DNA of 64,000 nt from Lama guanicoe (Eukaryota), in assembly GCA_013239625.1 (NCBI GenBank), contig MU053810.1, forward strand, positions 1,001,320 to 1,065,319, read 5' to 3'. A model generated the notes under the pieces. It saw only the letters and a program-made list of their open reading frames with translations, ran no database searches and was not told the DNA's origin. Below, in pieces: positions 44,311-59,828 of the stretch (position 1 is its first letter; each line of letters opens with the position of its first letter). Made by a program: the position numbers and the translations under genes.

Positions 44311-47310
44311 AAGAGAGATAATCCCCTCACTTTCCATAATGTGAATGCCTCCCTTAGGTGTTTCTGTCCAGCTCGCCTCGTTTTCAGTCCTTTGGGGAGT
44401 TCTAACCTGTCCCTAAGCTCTTTGGCTTTCAGCTTAATTTTTTTTTCTTTAGTTATTAGAATTTAATGAAGGGATCAGTAGTGCCTCACACTAAATTCAT
44501 CGTCTGGAAATGCAGGGTTAACGGCAGTTCACGCAGGCATTCCTGGTGATTAATTAGATTGTCCAGAGGGGTAAATGTAATTACACTTTCAGCCTGATGT
44601 GAGTCTGAATGGGAGTACCCAGAACTCTTCTTGGTTGTCCTCTTTTTTTTTCCCCCTTGGTCTTTGCTGCCCATTTCTCTGTGGGAATTCAGATTAAAAC
44701 AACTGCCTGGAGTCCACTAGCACCTCACCCGAATGGGCTCTGTACTCTCCCACTTTTGGTTGATTTTAATTAAATCCTATGTGATAGATAGAGTTTTTTT
44801 TTTTTTTTGAGATCTCTTGAAGCATTTACTTCCTCTTTGAAAGTACTTTACAGGCTTATTTAGCTTTAATTCAAGGTCATATATCAAAGTAATGCAGTCA
44901 CTGTTATTAAATGCATTAAAGACATGGGATACAAAGGAATAGAATGTGTTAATTATGCCTCTTTTACAGAAATCTGAAACCTAACATTAAGAGCTTATTA
45001 GAAATTCTGAGACTCACAGAGAAATCATACAGTTTTTTTTTTCTTTTTAAAGATGATCTCCATTTCTCATTGTTGCTGGTGGCTAGCCAGTAATTTGTGG
45101 TCATTGGGATTGCGTTTCAGTTCATGATTGTTTCTACTTGAGGACATTTTTCTCCATTGTTGCTTATGTTTGGAGCTTACCCATGGCACCTCTTTAGATA
45201 GAGCCTCAGTGAAAACAATGGGCAGTTTAGATGATGGTTTCTCTCTTGGAACCAAGTCCTCAACCTTCTAAGACCTCGGATACTGACTTAGTGGTTTGCT
45301 TTAGATTTTCTAAGTGTTACAGACTGCCAGAAGAGGTATTTGCTCTTCCCTTTTATCTGCATTTGCTTGAAAGTTAGTCATCTTTGGCTTACAGGAAGGG
45401 ATATTTGGATTACTTTATAATGCTGTCCAGTTTAGGATGTATTATTTGTTAGAAGTTATTTATAGTCTGAGAAACACATAGCTAACATTCTCTCCCATAG
45501 AAGTATTTTAAGAATATACAATTACTCTTCTTTGTTTCTTACAAGTCTGTGGTAATGTGTGATTCTTTCTTTCATAAAAGTTACAAAGTAAGCCAACAAA
45601 CCAAATTCTTATTTTCTTGTGTAATCAGAAAATGCAGCTGATCTTCCTAATTGGAATATATTGATAATAGTTGTATTCATACAACAGCAAATGTTGTTTT
45701 TTTATAAAATGATAAAGTGGCCCAGTGAGATAACTGAAGTCAGTACTTTGATAGGCTCAAAGCCTTCATTTTGTGAAAACACATGATTTTTTTCCCTCTA
45801 TATAATCATATCAGGCTAATACAGTTAAGAATATTTTTCTGAAAGGACTTTAAAGGAATATGAAGCTTTCTTTTGAGTCTTTTTTTTTTTTTACAGCAGA
45901 CTTTCAGGGTCCTTTTGCATGCAGAATTGTTCCTGCAGCTACTCATTGTTCAAGATGTGGACTTTAATTCAAAAGCTTCAAAAGTCCCTTTAGTCACTGG
46001 TGGAAAATATGGCATTTTTCCTTGGAATAGCCAGGAGATAGGACAAACAGAAAATGTGGGAACAGAAGCTACTCTTTCTTTTGTTGTTGAAATACTGCTA
46101 CTGTTTTTGGTAAATTAGGAAATATAAAATCTGAATGGATTTATGTGGCTATTAATATTTTCTGAGCTCTCATATATAAGTTAATTGTTTAAAAGACAGA
46201 ATATCTCACTTTTAGGACTTCTCAGTTAAATACAGCAAAACTGATAATGTGAAGTTTCTGCTTTCCATGATAGTTTGTATGTTTTTAATTCCCCAAGTCA
46301 TTTTGCTATTCTAATATTCTTTAATTAAACAATTGTACAATTTAAAAAAGTGAATGGAGATATCAGGGAAAAGATGGATGAAACAGAAGATAGATTGGCT
46401 CCAAAAATAAAGTTTATGAGGGCCAGCTACACATTGGAATCTTAAGTTTTCCAGCATCCAATGCAGAGAGAGAAGCATGAGTCATCATTTGGTTCAGATT
46501 CAAGGAAATAAAAAGAAAAACAAACAAACAGAAATAATTCTTCTGTGATTTCTCCTGAGTGCACACTTCCCTAAGTGCACACACACCAATGTAAATATTC
46601 CTTCTCTGATTGTGTACACACTTGGACTTTACCTACTCTGGGCTGACCACAGCCCTTGAGGCTGAGAATGCAGTAGGGACAATCTAAACATGTGTTTTCC
46701 ATTAAAAAAATATAGAATTTAGTGAGGAATAATGACAGCAGTTCGGTGTTAAGTGCTACAGAGAGTGGATATAAAATTATATATATATGTAACGTGTAAG
46801 TATATAATACATAACATGTAACAACATATATTATGTGAGTTATACATAATAACATATAAAATATATCTAATATGTAACAATATAAGCTGTAACAGTGAAG
46901 CCCACCTATATAACAGCTCTCTCAATGCATTTTAAAAGGCCATATCTTGTAGCGTACCTCAAGTAGACTGAGCTCATATCAGAGAAAAAGTTAGAAAAAA
47001 ATGTAATATGCATTGGAGCTTGGAATGGTGCAATCATTATCTCTTCCCTGTTTTGTTTCGTCCAAGGAGAGTTGGAGAATGGGGTAGGTTCTCGAGGAAG
47101 CAGCGGTTTATGGGGGAAAGGTTGAGCAGGTCCTCTCTTCAGTTGTACTGGGTCAGAACACATGGAGCTTAATGATTTAGAGGAGAAAAACAGATTATAT
47201 TTTATTGAAGATTGCAGGCTTCTACTTAAGCTTGTTCATGATAAAAATACTCAGGCAAAAACATGATTATGAGTAGGAGTCATTAAGAGTTACTATGGTA
47301 ATGATGACGG

Positions 47311-47355
47311 TGTGTGTTAGTGTGTATGTCTGTGTGTGTGTGTGTGTGTGTGTAT
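47311..47355 (+). repeat. Imperfect (TG)n microsatellite
   Basis: Direct reading. Confidence 0.85.
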
Positions 47356-47647
47356 GTAATGAATGATCCCCTCCCCAACATGGACTCATTTCCGGCTGAA
47401 TTTTGAGGCACTACAGATATCTTAATTTCTTTCTTTTACCTTGTTTTTTGATTTTTTAAAATATTTTTTTTCTATTTTTATTATTCTAGATGGTGAGGAT
47501 ATAGCAAGTGTAGCAAATACCAGCCAGGGGCCGATGTGAGGGAGAGAAGGCAGGGGTGGCTGAGCATTTAAAGTCCAGCCTAGAAAAGACATGAAGAGTT
47601 GACCTAAAAACTCCCTGATAGGGAAGTAATCAGAAAAAAAGACCATG

Positions 47648-48225
47648 GGAACCCTACTTCAAAATGACATCTGCACCCCAGTGTTCATAGCAGCACTGTT
47701 TATAGTAGCCAAGACATGAAAACAGCCTAAATGTCCATCAACATATGAACTAGATAAAGAAGATGTGGTATATTTATACAATGGAATACTATTCAGCCCT
47801 GAAAACAGACAACATAACGCCATTTACAGCAACATGGATGTCCCTGGAGGATGTCATTGTAAGTGAAGTCATCCAGAAAGAGAAAGAAAAATAGCATATG
47901 AGATTGCTCATATGTGGAATCTAAAAACAAAGAACATAAATACAAAACAGAAACAGACTCATAGATGTAGAGTACAAACTTGTGGTTGCCAAGGGGGCGA
48001 TGGGTGGGAAGGCACAGACTGGGATTTCAAAATGTAGAATAGATAAACAAGATTATACTGTATAGCACAGGGAAATATATACAAGATCTTGTGGTAGCTC
48101 ACAGCAAAAAAAAGTGACAATGAATGTATATATGTTCACGTATAACTGAAAAATTGTGCTGTACACTGGAATTTGACACAACATTGTAAAATGACTGTAG
48201 CTCCGTAAAAAAATGTTAAAAAGAA
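47648..48225 (+). mobile_element. Young L1 3' end
   Basis: Colinear with 25430-25975; TSD aaaaaaagaccatg on both sides. Confidence 0.92.
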
Positions 48226-48949
48226 AAAAAAAGACCATGCAAAAGTGGAGGAAAAAAGCAGAAAATTTGCAGAGTAGAGTTCTGATTGGCGACGAACCAA
48301 AATCAAATGAAACAGGGAACAGAGAAATAAGGAAGGCGTCATTTTGAACTTCTTCACAGTGTCCTGTTATGTCCTTCGCAGATTTTAGTCTTGGAGATTG
48401 ACTCACTAGCAGGTACTAATTGCTGCTAATTACATTCCTTTGTAGAGCTGGCCATTCGTCTGGGAACATCACAGGACTGTGGAAACTAGAGAGCGAGATT
48501 AGTTATCCACCTAGTCTCAGTGACTGGTAGTATCAGAGACCTGAAAAGTTGTCCTTTCTTTTTATAGTAAAATGAACGATTTAAGATGAAAAAATATACA
48601 AACAATATAAAACCAGAGAATACAGTTAAAAACAGTAAAAGAATCTGAGATTCATTTCCCTCTTTCTCCAATTTGCTGTTAAAGGAACTTCTTTGTTGGA
48701 AGCTTCTTGAACCACATGAAATTCTCTTGAACAAAATGATTTCAGGGTCACCCTGTGCATACAACCAGAGTTGTGTATATGCAATGCAGTGAAAACATAA
48801 GAGAGATAGAAGCAAGCCTTTAATATTAACGTTTTGTTTAACTGCTTTTTAATCAGTCAGGCATGAATCAAGACAGTAATTTCTTTTATAATGATAAGTA
48901 GTAAATAGGTTTTAAATCTGGGTGTAATTTTTAACATACACGCTTTGCA

Positions 48950-49115
48950 GCTTGGTTTAATAGAATTTTCCGTGACGGAAATTTTCCTTTGCTGTGTCCA
49001 ATGTGGAAGCCACTATCACATGTAGCGATCAAGCACTTGAAATGGGATGTGTTTATAACTGAGAAAGTGAAATGTTCATTTTGTTTAATTTAGTTAATAA
49101 GGATATAGATAGCCA
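48950..49115. mobile_element. MER3-like MITE (degenerate)
   Basis: taatagaattttccgtgacggaaattttcc...tccaatgtggaagccacta..cacatgtag...aagcacttgaaatg; homologous to the 30661 copy. Confidence 0.7.
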
Positions 49116-50336
49116 CACTATTTTCATACTTTTGCCATGATGCACATTATTCTTCACTGTTCCTTTTCACTCTCTCTGGTAAAACTCTGAGGTCCCTAAG
49201 GACACCTGATTCCTTATACATTTTATGACACGGAGCAGCTTTCCCCTCTCTCTCTGAAGGTGTATAGACATGTACTTAAGTACTGATGCTGAGAGTCCCA
49301 CTCATCCCTTTGTTCTTCAATGCCTGTTAACTGAATACCTAGTAAACAGAATTTACCGTAATAGGTTCTGTGAGGAATTCAAGACATGCATCGTGATCTT
49401 GAGTTCATGGCTTAGGCTTCCAGTACTGGTCTGTGTCACAGTGAGAGCCTCAGATGCTGGCTGGCTGAGTGCCTATCTAAAACCACAGCTGTGTATTAAT
49501 AACTGTTGTTCAGTGGGCTCACCCTTACCTCACCGATACTCACTTTGAAAAGACTACAGAAGGTTTCTTGGTCTTTACTAAAGACTTCTCCTTAAGTCTC
49601 TACATACCAAATCTGCTAAAAAAAAAAAAGTAAATTATATATAAGTCCTAAGCTCTTATCCTACTGCGTATGGGTCCCCTTGGTATTTGCTCTTAATACA
49701 CTATTAAAATAACTTTGCACTGGTAGGATACTGACTGACAGTTTGACAGCTTGAAATTCTGGGTGGGCATGCACATCTCTTGTACAAGTAGATTTAAAGC
49801 TCTGTTTTGCATATTTACCAGCTTGGAACGTGCTGAAACTACAGCAGGGATCTAAAATTTAATTGTAGTTGCAGAACATATATCCTCCCTTTCCAAAGAA
49901 TTTAATTAAACCCTTCCGTTTGACTTTAGGTTTCTCACTCACCTGTCAAGGTCTGAGTTTAGGGGAGCGTGGTAGTAAAATCTAAAATGAAATGGATGAC
50001 CAGAAAGAATGTTTCAATCAGGCGGTGGCAGTTAGGTAAACATTGCAAAAAACGTGCACTACATTGGAACAGAGAATGGTGTTTGGTGTTTCGAACAGTT
50101 TTTCTCAAGAGCATTTAAAAAAAATGATCAACTTTCATCTTTATTGAAGTTGGTACCAACAGTGAAATAAATGGGCAGCCTGTATATGTAATAACAGTGG
50201 TCCATGTACAAAATAAAAGCGTAATGATGAAGGAAAAAACCAAGAATTTAAAATGTAGTGAAACTGAAAAAGAGTCACTTTGAATCCAAAGAGAATGATT
50301 TCATTTCTGAGGGGCCTCATTTCTGAATGAATTATA

Positions 50337-50339
<3 letters not shown>

Positions 50340-50375
<36 letters not shown>
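50340..50375 (+). repeat. (TG)n microsatellite, about 17 units
   Basis: Direct reading. Confidence 0.95.
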
Positions 50376-50376
<1 letters not shown>

Positions 50377-51249
50377 TTGAAACATGCAGTATTGGGACTC
50401 TATGGCAAAATCAAAAGAAAAAAAATATTGCTGTGTGTCTGAACTTGCTTTTATAGGGATTTTGTTGACATATTTTGTAGAGTAGACCATCCAACCACTG
50501 AGGGAATTAATTTTCACCTCGCACAGTGCCCAGTTCTTAGTAAATGCTCAGTAAATATTGGTTGAATAAAGGATAGTGCTGAATGCCACATTCTAGCTGG
50601 TGGTATCAGCACCTAAGATACTCCTTTCTCTTTGTTTCTCTGTGGCTGAGTTAACCCGTCCAAACTTTAGATTATGTCCTCATTGATGGTGAGTAGGAAG
50701 CAGAATGATCAAGGCTCCCTAACCTCCAAATGAATGTTTTCTGACTTGGATTAAACTGTCAATGAGCATTACCGTATGCTCTTCCAAGTTCTCTGATGAT
50801 GTCACAACAGAGAAGGAATTGATTCATTGTAGTTTTCTTTTACCTGAGAAGATAACCTTTTTTTTTTTTTGAGAAAACTTTTCCTTGCCTTGAGACCTCA
50901 GGGAGAATGAATAGTAATACGTCGTGTTGTAATTTTTGAATCAGATGCAGAATGTGTATCTTTCCAGATTCATAAGAAGCCACAGAGAGAAGTCTTGGGA
51001 AATTTCCATGATGGAGTGGACTGATGCGTGTCCTCAGGCTTGTCTTGGCAGGATGCTCATGTCCCATTTCTTCAGGCATCTCTGTGGCATGTGTTAAAAA
51101 TACCAGTTAATATAGGTGCTTTCAGCCTTTTCTTAAGGAGGGAATACACAGGTTGGCAGAAACTTAGCATTTTCTGGGCCTGCATGTTTGGGAGAGAGGT
51201 GAATGAAGGCAAAGATACTTGAAACCAAAGTAGTTGGGGGTATTTTTAA

Positions 51250-51498
<249 letters not shown>

Positions 51499-52404
51499 TG
51501 AGAAATTAATACAACTCAGGAGAAGATGCTTATCTTTCCAGACAGTGGTATAACACATAACATCTCATAAATTTATCTGATATCAATAAAGCAAGTGTAT
51601 TCAGAATCAGGGATGGGTAGAAAGGTTCTTTTGACTTGCGGAAGCAAAGCAAAAGTGGAGATAAGACCTGAATAGGATGGTAGAGGGAAGAGTAATTTAG
51701 CAGAAAGTACTTGTTTTCTTAAGTGAGGATGGTGGATTACATGAGGTAGTGAAAGAAATCTGAGCTGCACTCTTATTTTAATCCTGTTGCCTCATTTTCT
51801 GCTGCCCTTCATGTTGAGGATTTTATCACACTTTTATGCCATTTTCTTGGTTAATAATTAAAGAAGGCAACTGTAGCTTGTCCAATGGATGTCCCAGCTT
51901 CCACCCTCCTGGACATGAGTCCCTTCTCAATGATGTTGGAAAAGATGTCGCTTAGAAACTAGATTGGGTGGTGGAATGAACGTGGTGGAAAACTCACTGT
52001 CTTTAGAGTAGATGGTCTGAGTTCTGATCTCTGCTCAACCCATAGGTTGCTAAGTGATTGCATAAATTCTATCTTTGAGCTTCAGATTTCCCAGTCTGTG
52101 AAAACCATAGTGATAATAGAAACCATACTTGAGGGGAATCTGAATGATAAAGAGAATGTAGCTAAATTGGTAGCTCTGAAGACGAGCTCGAGCCTGGCAG
52201 GAAAGTGGCTTAATCCTTCTGTGCTTCCAATTCTTCCTCTGTAAATGGGGACGTGGAGGTAAGGTCATTGTTGGGGTGTTAGGAGCCTCTGAAAAATAAC
52301 ACATCTCATCTGGTCCTCATTTCCAAACCAACTGAGATAAATACAATGGATGGAGAGCAAAATATTTTGAAGATGCCTGTAGAATCTGCAGGCATGTATT
52401 AAAA

Positions 52405-52982
52405 AAAAGTTTTTTTAATAGAAGTATAGTCAGTTACAATGTGTCAGTTTCTGGTGTACAGCATCATGTCCCAGTCATGTATATATATACACACATAGAT
52501 TTGTTTTCATACTCTTTTTCATGAAAGGTTATTACAAGATAGTGAATGTAGTTCCCTGTGCTATACAGAAGAAATTTGTTTTAAATCTATTTTTATATAC
52601 AGTGGTTAACATTTGCAAATCTCAAACTCCCAAATTTATCCCTTCCTACCCTCTTTCCCCTGGTAACCATAAGATTGTTTACTTTGTCTGCAAGTCTGTT
52701 TCTGTTTTGTAGATGAGTTCATTTGTGTCCTCTTTTTTTTCTTCTTTTATTTAAAGATTCCACATATTAGTTATATTGTATGGTATTATTCTTTCTCTTT
52801 CTGGCTTACTTCACTTAGAATGACAATCTTCATGTCCATCCATGTTATTACAAATGGGATTATTTCATTCTTTTTTATGGCTGAGTAGTATTCCATTATA
52901 TAAATATACCACCACTTCTTTATCTAGTCATCTGTTGATGGATATTTAGGTTGCTTCTGTGTCTTGGCTGTTGTAAATAGTG
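52405..52982 (-). mobile_element. L1 3' end
   Basis: gaagtatagtcagttacaatgtg...agattccacat...gtcttggctgttgtaaatagtg; TSD approximately tgcaggca..tatt. Confidence 0.88.
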
Positions 52983-53064
52983 TGCAGGCAGATATTTGAC
53001 ACCCCCCCCCCAGAGAACAGCTGACTCTGCTAGAGAATTCAGGACTCACACTTCGGGGAAACCT

Positions 53065-53255
53065 TTCACCGTGAGTGATTGTGGTCCATCAGTGTACGTT
53101 TCTCAGGTGTAACTGGGGTCCCACTCTGGTGGGCGGTGTGGATGATGAAGGAGGTGGTGGCTGTGTGAAGGCAGGAGGTATAAGGGAAACCTCTGCACCT
53201 TCCCCTCAGTCATGCACTGAACCTAACACTGCTCTCAAAGTCTTAATAAAAAAAC
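53065..53255 (+). mobile_element. Old L1 (L1MC-like) 3' fragment
   Basis: ccactctggtgggcggtgtggatgatgaaggagg...gggaaacctctgcaccttcc..tcag...gaacctaacactgctct. Confidence 0.65.
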
Positions 53256-56200
53256 AGAAAACCCCAGGATGTCCTTTGTTAGAATTGACAATGAGAAATA
53301 GGCGTTGAAACTCGTGCTGTTCCTTTCTCAGGCCCATTAACCTGTCACTATGATTGAAGAATTTCAGCACAGTGTAGTTTTCTTTCTCTTCCATGTTTCT
53401 TCTTTGGGGATCTTGGTCTTGCTTTGTTTTGCAGGGCAGACCGAGACTGCTCTCATTCGCTGGGGGCGTTATTAACTGGTTTGTACACTGACCGGCTTGG
53501 TGGGATTTCATAATTTGGCGGCCTCGGCTTGGTGATGTTTTCTTGAACAGCTCGGCTCTGCTGCTCTGCTCTCTCCCTTCACCCACCTTCGTGGTTGATT
53601 AGCTCCACATGTTGGCTTTTCTCTTTCATACTGGGGGCTCCCAGTTGGCACCAGTCAGCCTGTGCTTCATTGTTCTGACCTTCAAGGGGATCGAATGGTC
53701 CTGGGTTCTAGCTAAGCCTCAGCCGTGTTTGATTCACCCCTGAGATGGTAAGGAGTTTACTCAGCACCTGTGTTCTGTCGTCTGTAATCCTAACACTTGG
53801 CTGAAGTACACGCTCATTTTAGAAACCACAGTTGACTACAAAGAAAAATAAAAACTCTTCTCCCAGGTTTTGCCATCCAGAAAGCTGCTGCAGGTCCACA
53901 GCCTCTAACCAGCAATTTGGAAAACAATGAGCTTCTGGAAAACAAATTTAGAGGCAAAATTTAAACTGACCAGAACCAGGGGTAGGCAGTTCCTTTAGTG
54001 ATGGTGAGCCAATTACAGAGTGTGGCCCCCAGTCTCTTGGAGGGGAGCATGTAAGACACACGATACATTTTAGATGACCGTTTTCATCTCTGAACTTTTC
54101 AAGTTTCAAAACCCAGCTGGACCTAACGACTTTGGATAAGGACTTGCGGACCTGTGTCAACATTCTGGTGGGAATCAGTCTAGCTTTTATGCACGGATAC
54201 ACACACACAAGATCTATGAATACACACAGATGCACACAGTAGTATTTAATATATTAGTATAACATATATTATTAACTATTTCGAACACTAGAAGATACAG
54301 AGAGAGGCCAACACCCATGTCCTCACAACTCGGAATTAACTAATATGAACATTTTGTTTGCTTCTGTGGTTTATGTTTGTCTCTCATGATACAGATTTTG
54401 TCCTCTATAGGAAACAAAAATGCTAATACTATATTTCTTTAAGTGACTTTTCCAAACTATGGAAACATGCAGATTCTAGCTCGGTGCAAATCTGCTTCGA
54501 TCTTTTATCAACAAAACAGAAAAGATATTACAACTATCAACCATCAGTCTAGCTCTTAAATATTCAAATACATAACATTTATCTTCTTGGAAACAGGCTC
54601 CTTTGACACTTTACATTTAGGGGACTGAATCATTTAAGGGTGACCTTAGTCGTTGCCTGGCCATCAGTTCAATGTGACTAAACTCTGATCCTATTTATAT
54701 GACATCGCCCAGTCCAGTCCAAACACTGGAAAGGAGAGAGGCTTTGGACTGTGTGACCGCTGTGATTTCTGTGTTCTCTTGTAGCCGTGAAAGTCATGCT
54801 CAGTGTGGTCCTTCTGGTGTCTCTCGTCGCAGGACGACAGAATGCAAATTGCTCTGAGTTCCTTAGCAAATCAGCATCCCTGGTTAGATAGGGCTCTCGT
54901 TCTTCCTGGTGGAAGAAGACGAGGCTTCCTGTTTATTCTGTAAGGACAGCAAATGGATGACATTTCAATACTCTCTCCATTTCCTGTGCAGTTTTTATTA
55001 GAAGCCTGTAAGTAGAATAGTTAATAGTAATTTTTTGTTCTGTCGTAAGTTGGTCTGCTCATTTTATATGTTCAGCTTTTTACCCATTTATTCATGGAAT
55101 TTACAATTTCTTTTTTTTTTCCAACTGCTTTTAGTTTTAATATCTGGACGTGGTACTTTTCTGAATACTGTCCATTGATTTCCAGTTGATCCACTGTCTT
55201 TGAGTTTGCTACTGGAACATAATTGCATCATATTTTAGATTTCATCTTAAAATGACCCTCTTGCAGAATTCCCCACAGTGATTGATACCACTTTCACTTT
55301 TTATCAGAGTCAATGATACAAATCAATAACCATTTCCTTACATTATTTGAAGATTCAGTGAAGGGTGAGATTTATAACATGAAGTAAAAGCGGGTCTGGT
55401 CTCAGTAAAGTTGCTCGGTCCTCGGTCTTCTTAATTGGGGGCTTCATTAAATCTTGTTTGGCCAGGTGGCTCTGTCTGCAGCATCTGCTAAAGACCACTT
55501 ATCTATTTCATTATAGTGATAGAGGGCAGCATCATCTGTCATGGCTCAGGTTACACATTTTTCTCAATAGATATGTGACCTTCAGCCAATAGCTTCAACT
55601 CTCTAAGTTTCTGTTTCCTTTGCTTTAAAAGGTGGATGAAAGTAGCACCATGTCCACGGGGTTAAGACAAGTAAACCTGCCTGCTGTGTGAAAGTCTGCT
55701 GTCAATTTTAGTATTAATACCGCCATCATTCTTCAAAAATCACTCTCATCCAATTTTTACTTCTTTTATTCCTATTGTCTCCATTTCCTCTTAGATCCAT
55801 ATTTATTCATTCTTCCCATTTTATAAAACAAGATACCAAAGAACCAAAATTTTAGCCGAGTATTTCTTTGGAAAAGCGTCTCTCGGTTTTGCAGATGTGA
55901 AAAGTAGTCACTTGATTGTAAACAATATTCACAAGTTGCTGTGGTTCCTGAAAGCAAAAACGAGAAATGATTTTGCTCCCTCAGGGAGTAATACAATGTA
56001 CTTAACTCAATATAATTGAATAAAATAAAAATCAGCAAGATCCTGAAAAGTACTGTTAGAAGGGAAGGATATCTGTGTATAATTCGAAATTTGAATTCTC
56101 AAAATACCTTGAGAATCTTATAAAATGAGGTTTCCACCCTTCCTTTATCTATGGTTTGAAACATCCCTTCTAAGCAACCTCTTGCTCACTTACTGATTAT

Positions 56201-57679
56201 CAATTGATACTGTAGTTCCCAAAGGAAGTGCCTTGGGTGGCAAATCAAAAGATCAGCTTGGTGAAAACAAGCAGTACAGAACAGGAGTAATTAAGATGAT
56301 TTTGGAATCATCAGGTGATATTGTTTACATATGTAAGATACATTCTTTTTAAATTCACGTAACAATTTTCTCTGTTTAAATTTGGAGGATTTTAATTAAT
56401 GGTCGAATTGTTTATTAAATAGCCCTGAATTTATTTCAGAAGTAAGAAAGCAAAGGTGTAGATGACCTAATGTCATCTTTATTTTGCTTTGGAAGTTGTT
56501 TTGTACTTAACATTTTAGTATGAGTATCTGAAAGAGCCTGTAGGTTTTCTTTGGACAAAATGATGTATCCATATTTTAAAGACCTATCCCATAGTTCAGC
56601 CATCCCACAGCCCACCCACTCCATTCACAGAAAGGAAGGAGCAAGTACCTCTCTAGGGATATAGAAGTGCCCCACACATTCTGTCTTTTCTCCAGCTTTT
56701 CTTTGAGCAGTGTGGCCCTTCAAATATGGCGGCCACGAAATGCCTGTCTTATGAGTCTGAAGAATTAAACATCTGTATTTTAGTTAACTGCAATGTAGGA
56801 TGTATTATAATAATGAATAAAAGGAAAAATCTTTCCCAATTAAAGCTGTCCAAATACATTACAATAACCTAATGATGCTAAGTGTAATTTATTTCTCAAT
56901 GACGATGCTTGTAAATATTTCATCAGCATCTTTCTTTAAAACCTGTTACTATTTTCTGCCCCTTGTATGAAGGCCAAACTTCCTGGCCAAGGCTCTGCAG
57001 AAACTAGCTCTAATCAGAGTTTAAAAAATTGTAAATATTGTATGCATCTCATAATAAAATACCAAAAATTTCCGATAAAGCAATAGTCCTTCACCTTCCA
57101 TCATAGTCTTTATCCATAGGACAACAGTAAATATTAGTTTATTTTCACTTCTAGACTTTTTTCTATTTATTTAATATGTATATGTGTACCTCCTGTATCT
57201 AGAAATCTAAATTACTGTGTGTTTTTAGCCTAAGTAGTATCATGTTATAAATTTTTTCCTGTAATTCAATTTTTTACTCTGAAACTCATGTTGAAGTTTT
57301 TTCCATATTAGTACATCGAGATAAGATTTTTTTTTTAACTGGCTTAGTAGTCCGTGGCCTATGTCACCATTTATTTATTAATTCACATTTAAGTCGTTCT
57401 GATTCATTTGCTATGGAAACCAGCGTTGAAGTGAGCATCCTGCCCAGGCCTGCGTGTGTGTTCTCTCTAGGGCGAACACTGAGGTGTGGGCTCAATTTTT
57501 GTGGGCTGTGCTGTTTATCTTTTGAATAGATGCCATCAAATTGCTCTCCAGTTGGGTTGCACCTGTTCATGCAATCAGTCCTGCACATCTGTTATTCAGT
57601 TCATTTATTCTCTTAACAAATATTTAGGCAATAATTCATTTAGGCAAAAAAAGAAAAAATCCTGTACTCCTAACATAGG

Positions 57680-58139
57680 GGAGGAAGCAGTTTTCCTTGA
57701 CCGTGTTAGGGTCCCTGGCTGAGTCTCAAAATTAAACCGACAAAGCAGATTAACAGGAGAAAAGTGTATAAAGTTATTTCATGTTAGTTTTACCTGATGT
57801 GAGAGCCTTCGTAAGGAAATGAAGACCTGAGGAAGTAGTTAAAGCTGAGTGTTTTTATACTGGGTTTGAAAAAGACTGGACAGTTGTAGAAAGATAAGAT
57901 ACCATGTGTAGTAAACCAGGGGAAACTTAGCAAGGTCTGTTTGTTCACGTTCTCCCCTGTGTTCTTTTGTCTCTGGCGAGGAGGATATCCCGGCGTAGGG
58001 AGGCCACCTCTCACGCGAGGGTGTGATGATCTGCTTTGGAGGAATGTCAGAAAGTCCATCCCTCACATGCCATTTCTCAAGTTCATTCACTATGCACAGA
58101 GGTGCCATATTTGGGGGTAGCATGTCCTGCACCCCATCA
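57680..58139 (-). mobile_element. ERV1-class LTR-like element
   Basis: agcagattaacaggagaaaag...gaaatgaagacct...gtgccatatttggggtagcatgtcctg..cccca motifs typical of MER/LTR families; exact family not determined. Confidence 0.6.
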
Positions 58140-59446
58140 TCCTACAACCCCCAAAGTTTTCTCACTTTCACACCTCCTTGCTTTTGCCTGTTATGTTACC
58201 AGTTTCTCAAAGTAACAGGCCTAGGCAGCAGTTAAAGCTGAAGTTTACTGTTACCTCTTTACGAAATGTTTTTCTCAAATTCTGTCTTAAATTTTTGGCA
58301 GGAATAATGGAAGTGCTTTTCTTTGATTCTCACAGCATCTTATACAAATCTCTCATATAGCTCTTATGGTGTAGTTTAGTTGTTAATGTATCATGTCAAG
58401 TAAACTGTGAGATCTTTAAGATCCGAGATCCTTATAGCCCTGATAACATGGGTATCTTACTAGCTGTGTCCTGGACTGGTCCTACTATGTGTCCTTAAGA
58501 CCCTGCACATAATTTCTTCCTTCCTTCTCTCCCTCCCCCTCCTCTCTCCTTCCTTTTCCTTCCTTCCTTCCGAATAACAACATAATAATGTGAGTGATTA
58601 ACAAGGGAAAACAAATTATATCAGTCATTATTCACAGTGTTAGAATAAATTAAACATAGATAGATGCCTCCAAGTGCTTTAGCATATGAATGCTATTAAC
58701 CGCTGTATGTGGTTATTTACCTCACTGAGTAGATATCTGCATATGTGTATATAATGTGTATAATAAGTATTTAAATATTCTGATATGGCAATGAATCATT
58801 GCCTCCGGCAGACCCATTATAAATGAATTCATATCTCAATTAAATTGAGTTGTAAACCACGCAGTTGATTACCCCAAAGAGCTCATTTTAAATGCATATG
58901 ACTCTTAATGGCTCCAGTGGGAAGGCGGCCCTTCAGCAGTGATGAATGTTACAACTTCTAATTGGAACGAGGTTATCTAAGATGTTAAGGTTGCGTAAGA
59001 TGCTGTCAAAGCAGTTATGACTTTATAAATTCCTAATTTGAATGTTCTGGTCAAAACAATTTTCTAAAATTAGATTGGAAGATTGGGACACATGCAAATG
59101 GACTTCTCTAACACAAAGGAATATGATTGTAAGACATTTACTTTTGTTAAAAAATGATTAAAGAAGACAATTGAGATGATATAAATGAGGTTTATTCAAT
59201 GCATCATGCAGCAAGCAGCCCCTGTTTGGAGAACTTCAAAATGGGGTGGAAGGCAGGAGGCTTTGTAGGATAAAGAATAAAGAATGAAGAAGAGAAAAAC
59301 AGAAAATACCAAATTGGCTGGGGCCACATAGCCAATCTTGTTTGGTGTGAGAAGGAACAAGGAAATAAATACAGAGCCTAGGGTTGGCTTGAAGTTTGGG
59401 GGTTGACTGACTGAATATACTGCATTTCTGGTCAAGGGAGCATTTA

Positions 59447-59449
59447 TTA

Positions 59450-59484
<35 letters not shown>

Positions 59485-59828
59485 CATTATCATCATCATC
59501 ATCATCATCATCATCATCTTTTATTTAAGTACCATCAGTTATAATGTGTCAATTTCTGGGGCACAGCACAGTGTCCCAGTCAGGCACATACGTACATAGA
59601 TACGTTTTCATATTCTTTTTCATTAAAGATTATTATGAGATATTGAATATAGTTCCCTGTGCTATACAGAAGTTTATTTTTTTATCTATTTTTATTATGT
59701 ATAATTAACATTTGCAAATCTTAAACACCCAACTTTATCCCTCCCCACCCCCTTTCCCCTGTAACCGTACGGTTGTTTACTGTGTCTGTGGGTCTGTCTG
59801 TTTTGTAGATGAGTTCATTTGTATCCTT
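59447..59828 (-). mobile_element. L1 3' end whose tail is an (ATT)n(CAT)n microsatellite
   Basis: L1 3' UTR at 59518-59828; perfect 15-bp TSD tcaagggagcattta at 59432 and 59829. Confidence 0.88.

Noticed and set aside
59236..59517. Poly-Met/poly-Ile ORF
   Set aside because: Translation of the (CAT)n(ATT)n microsatellite.
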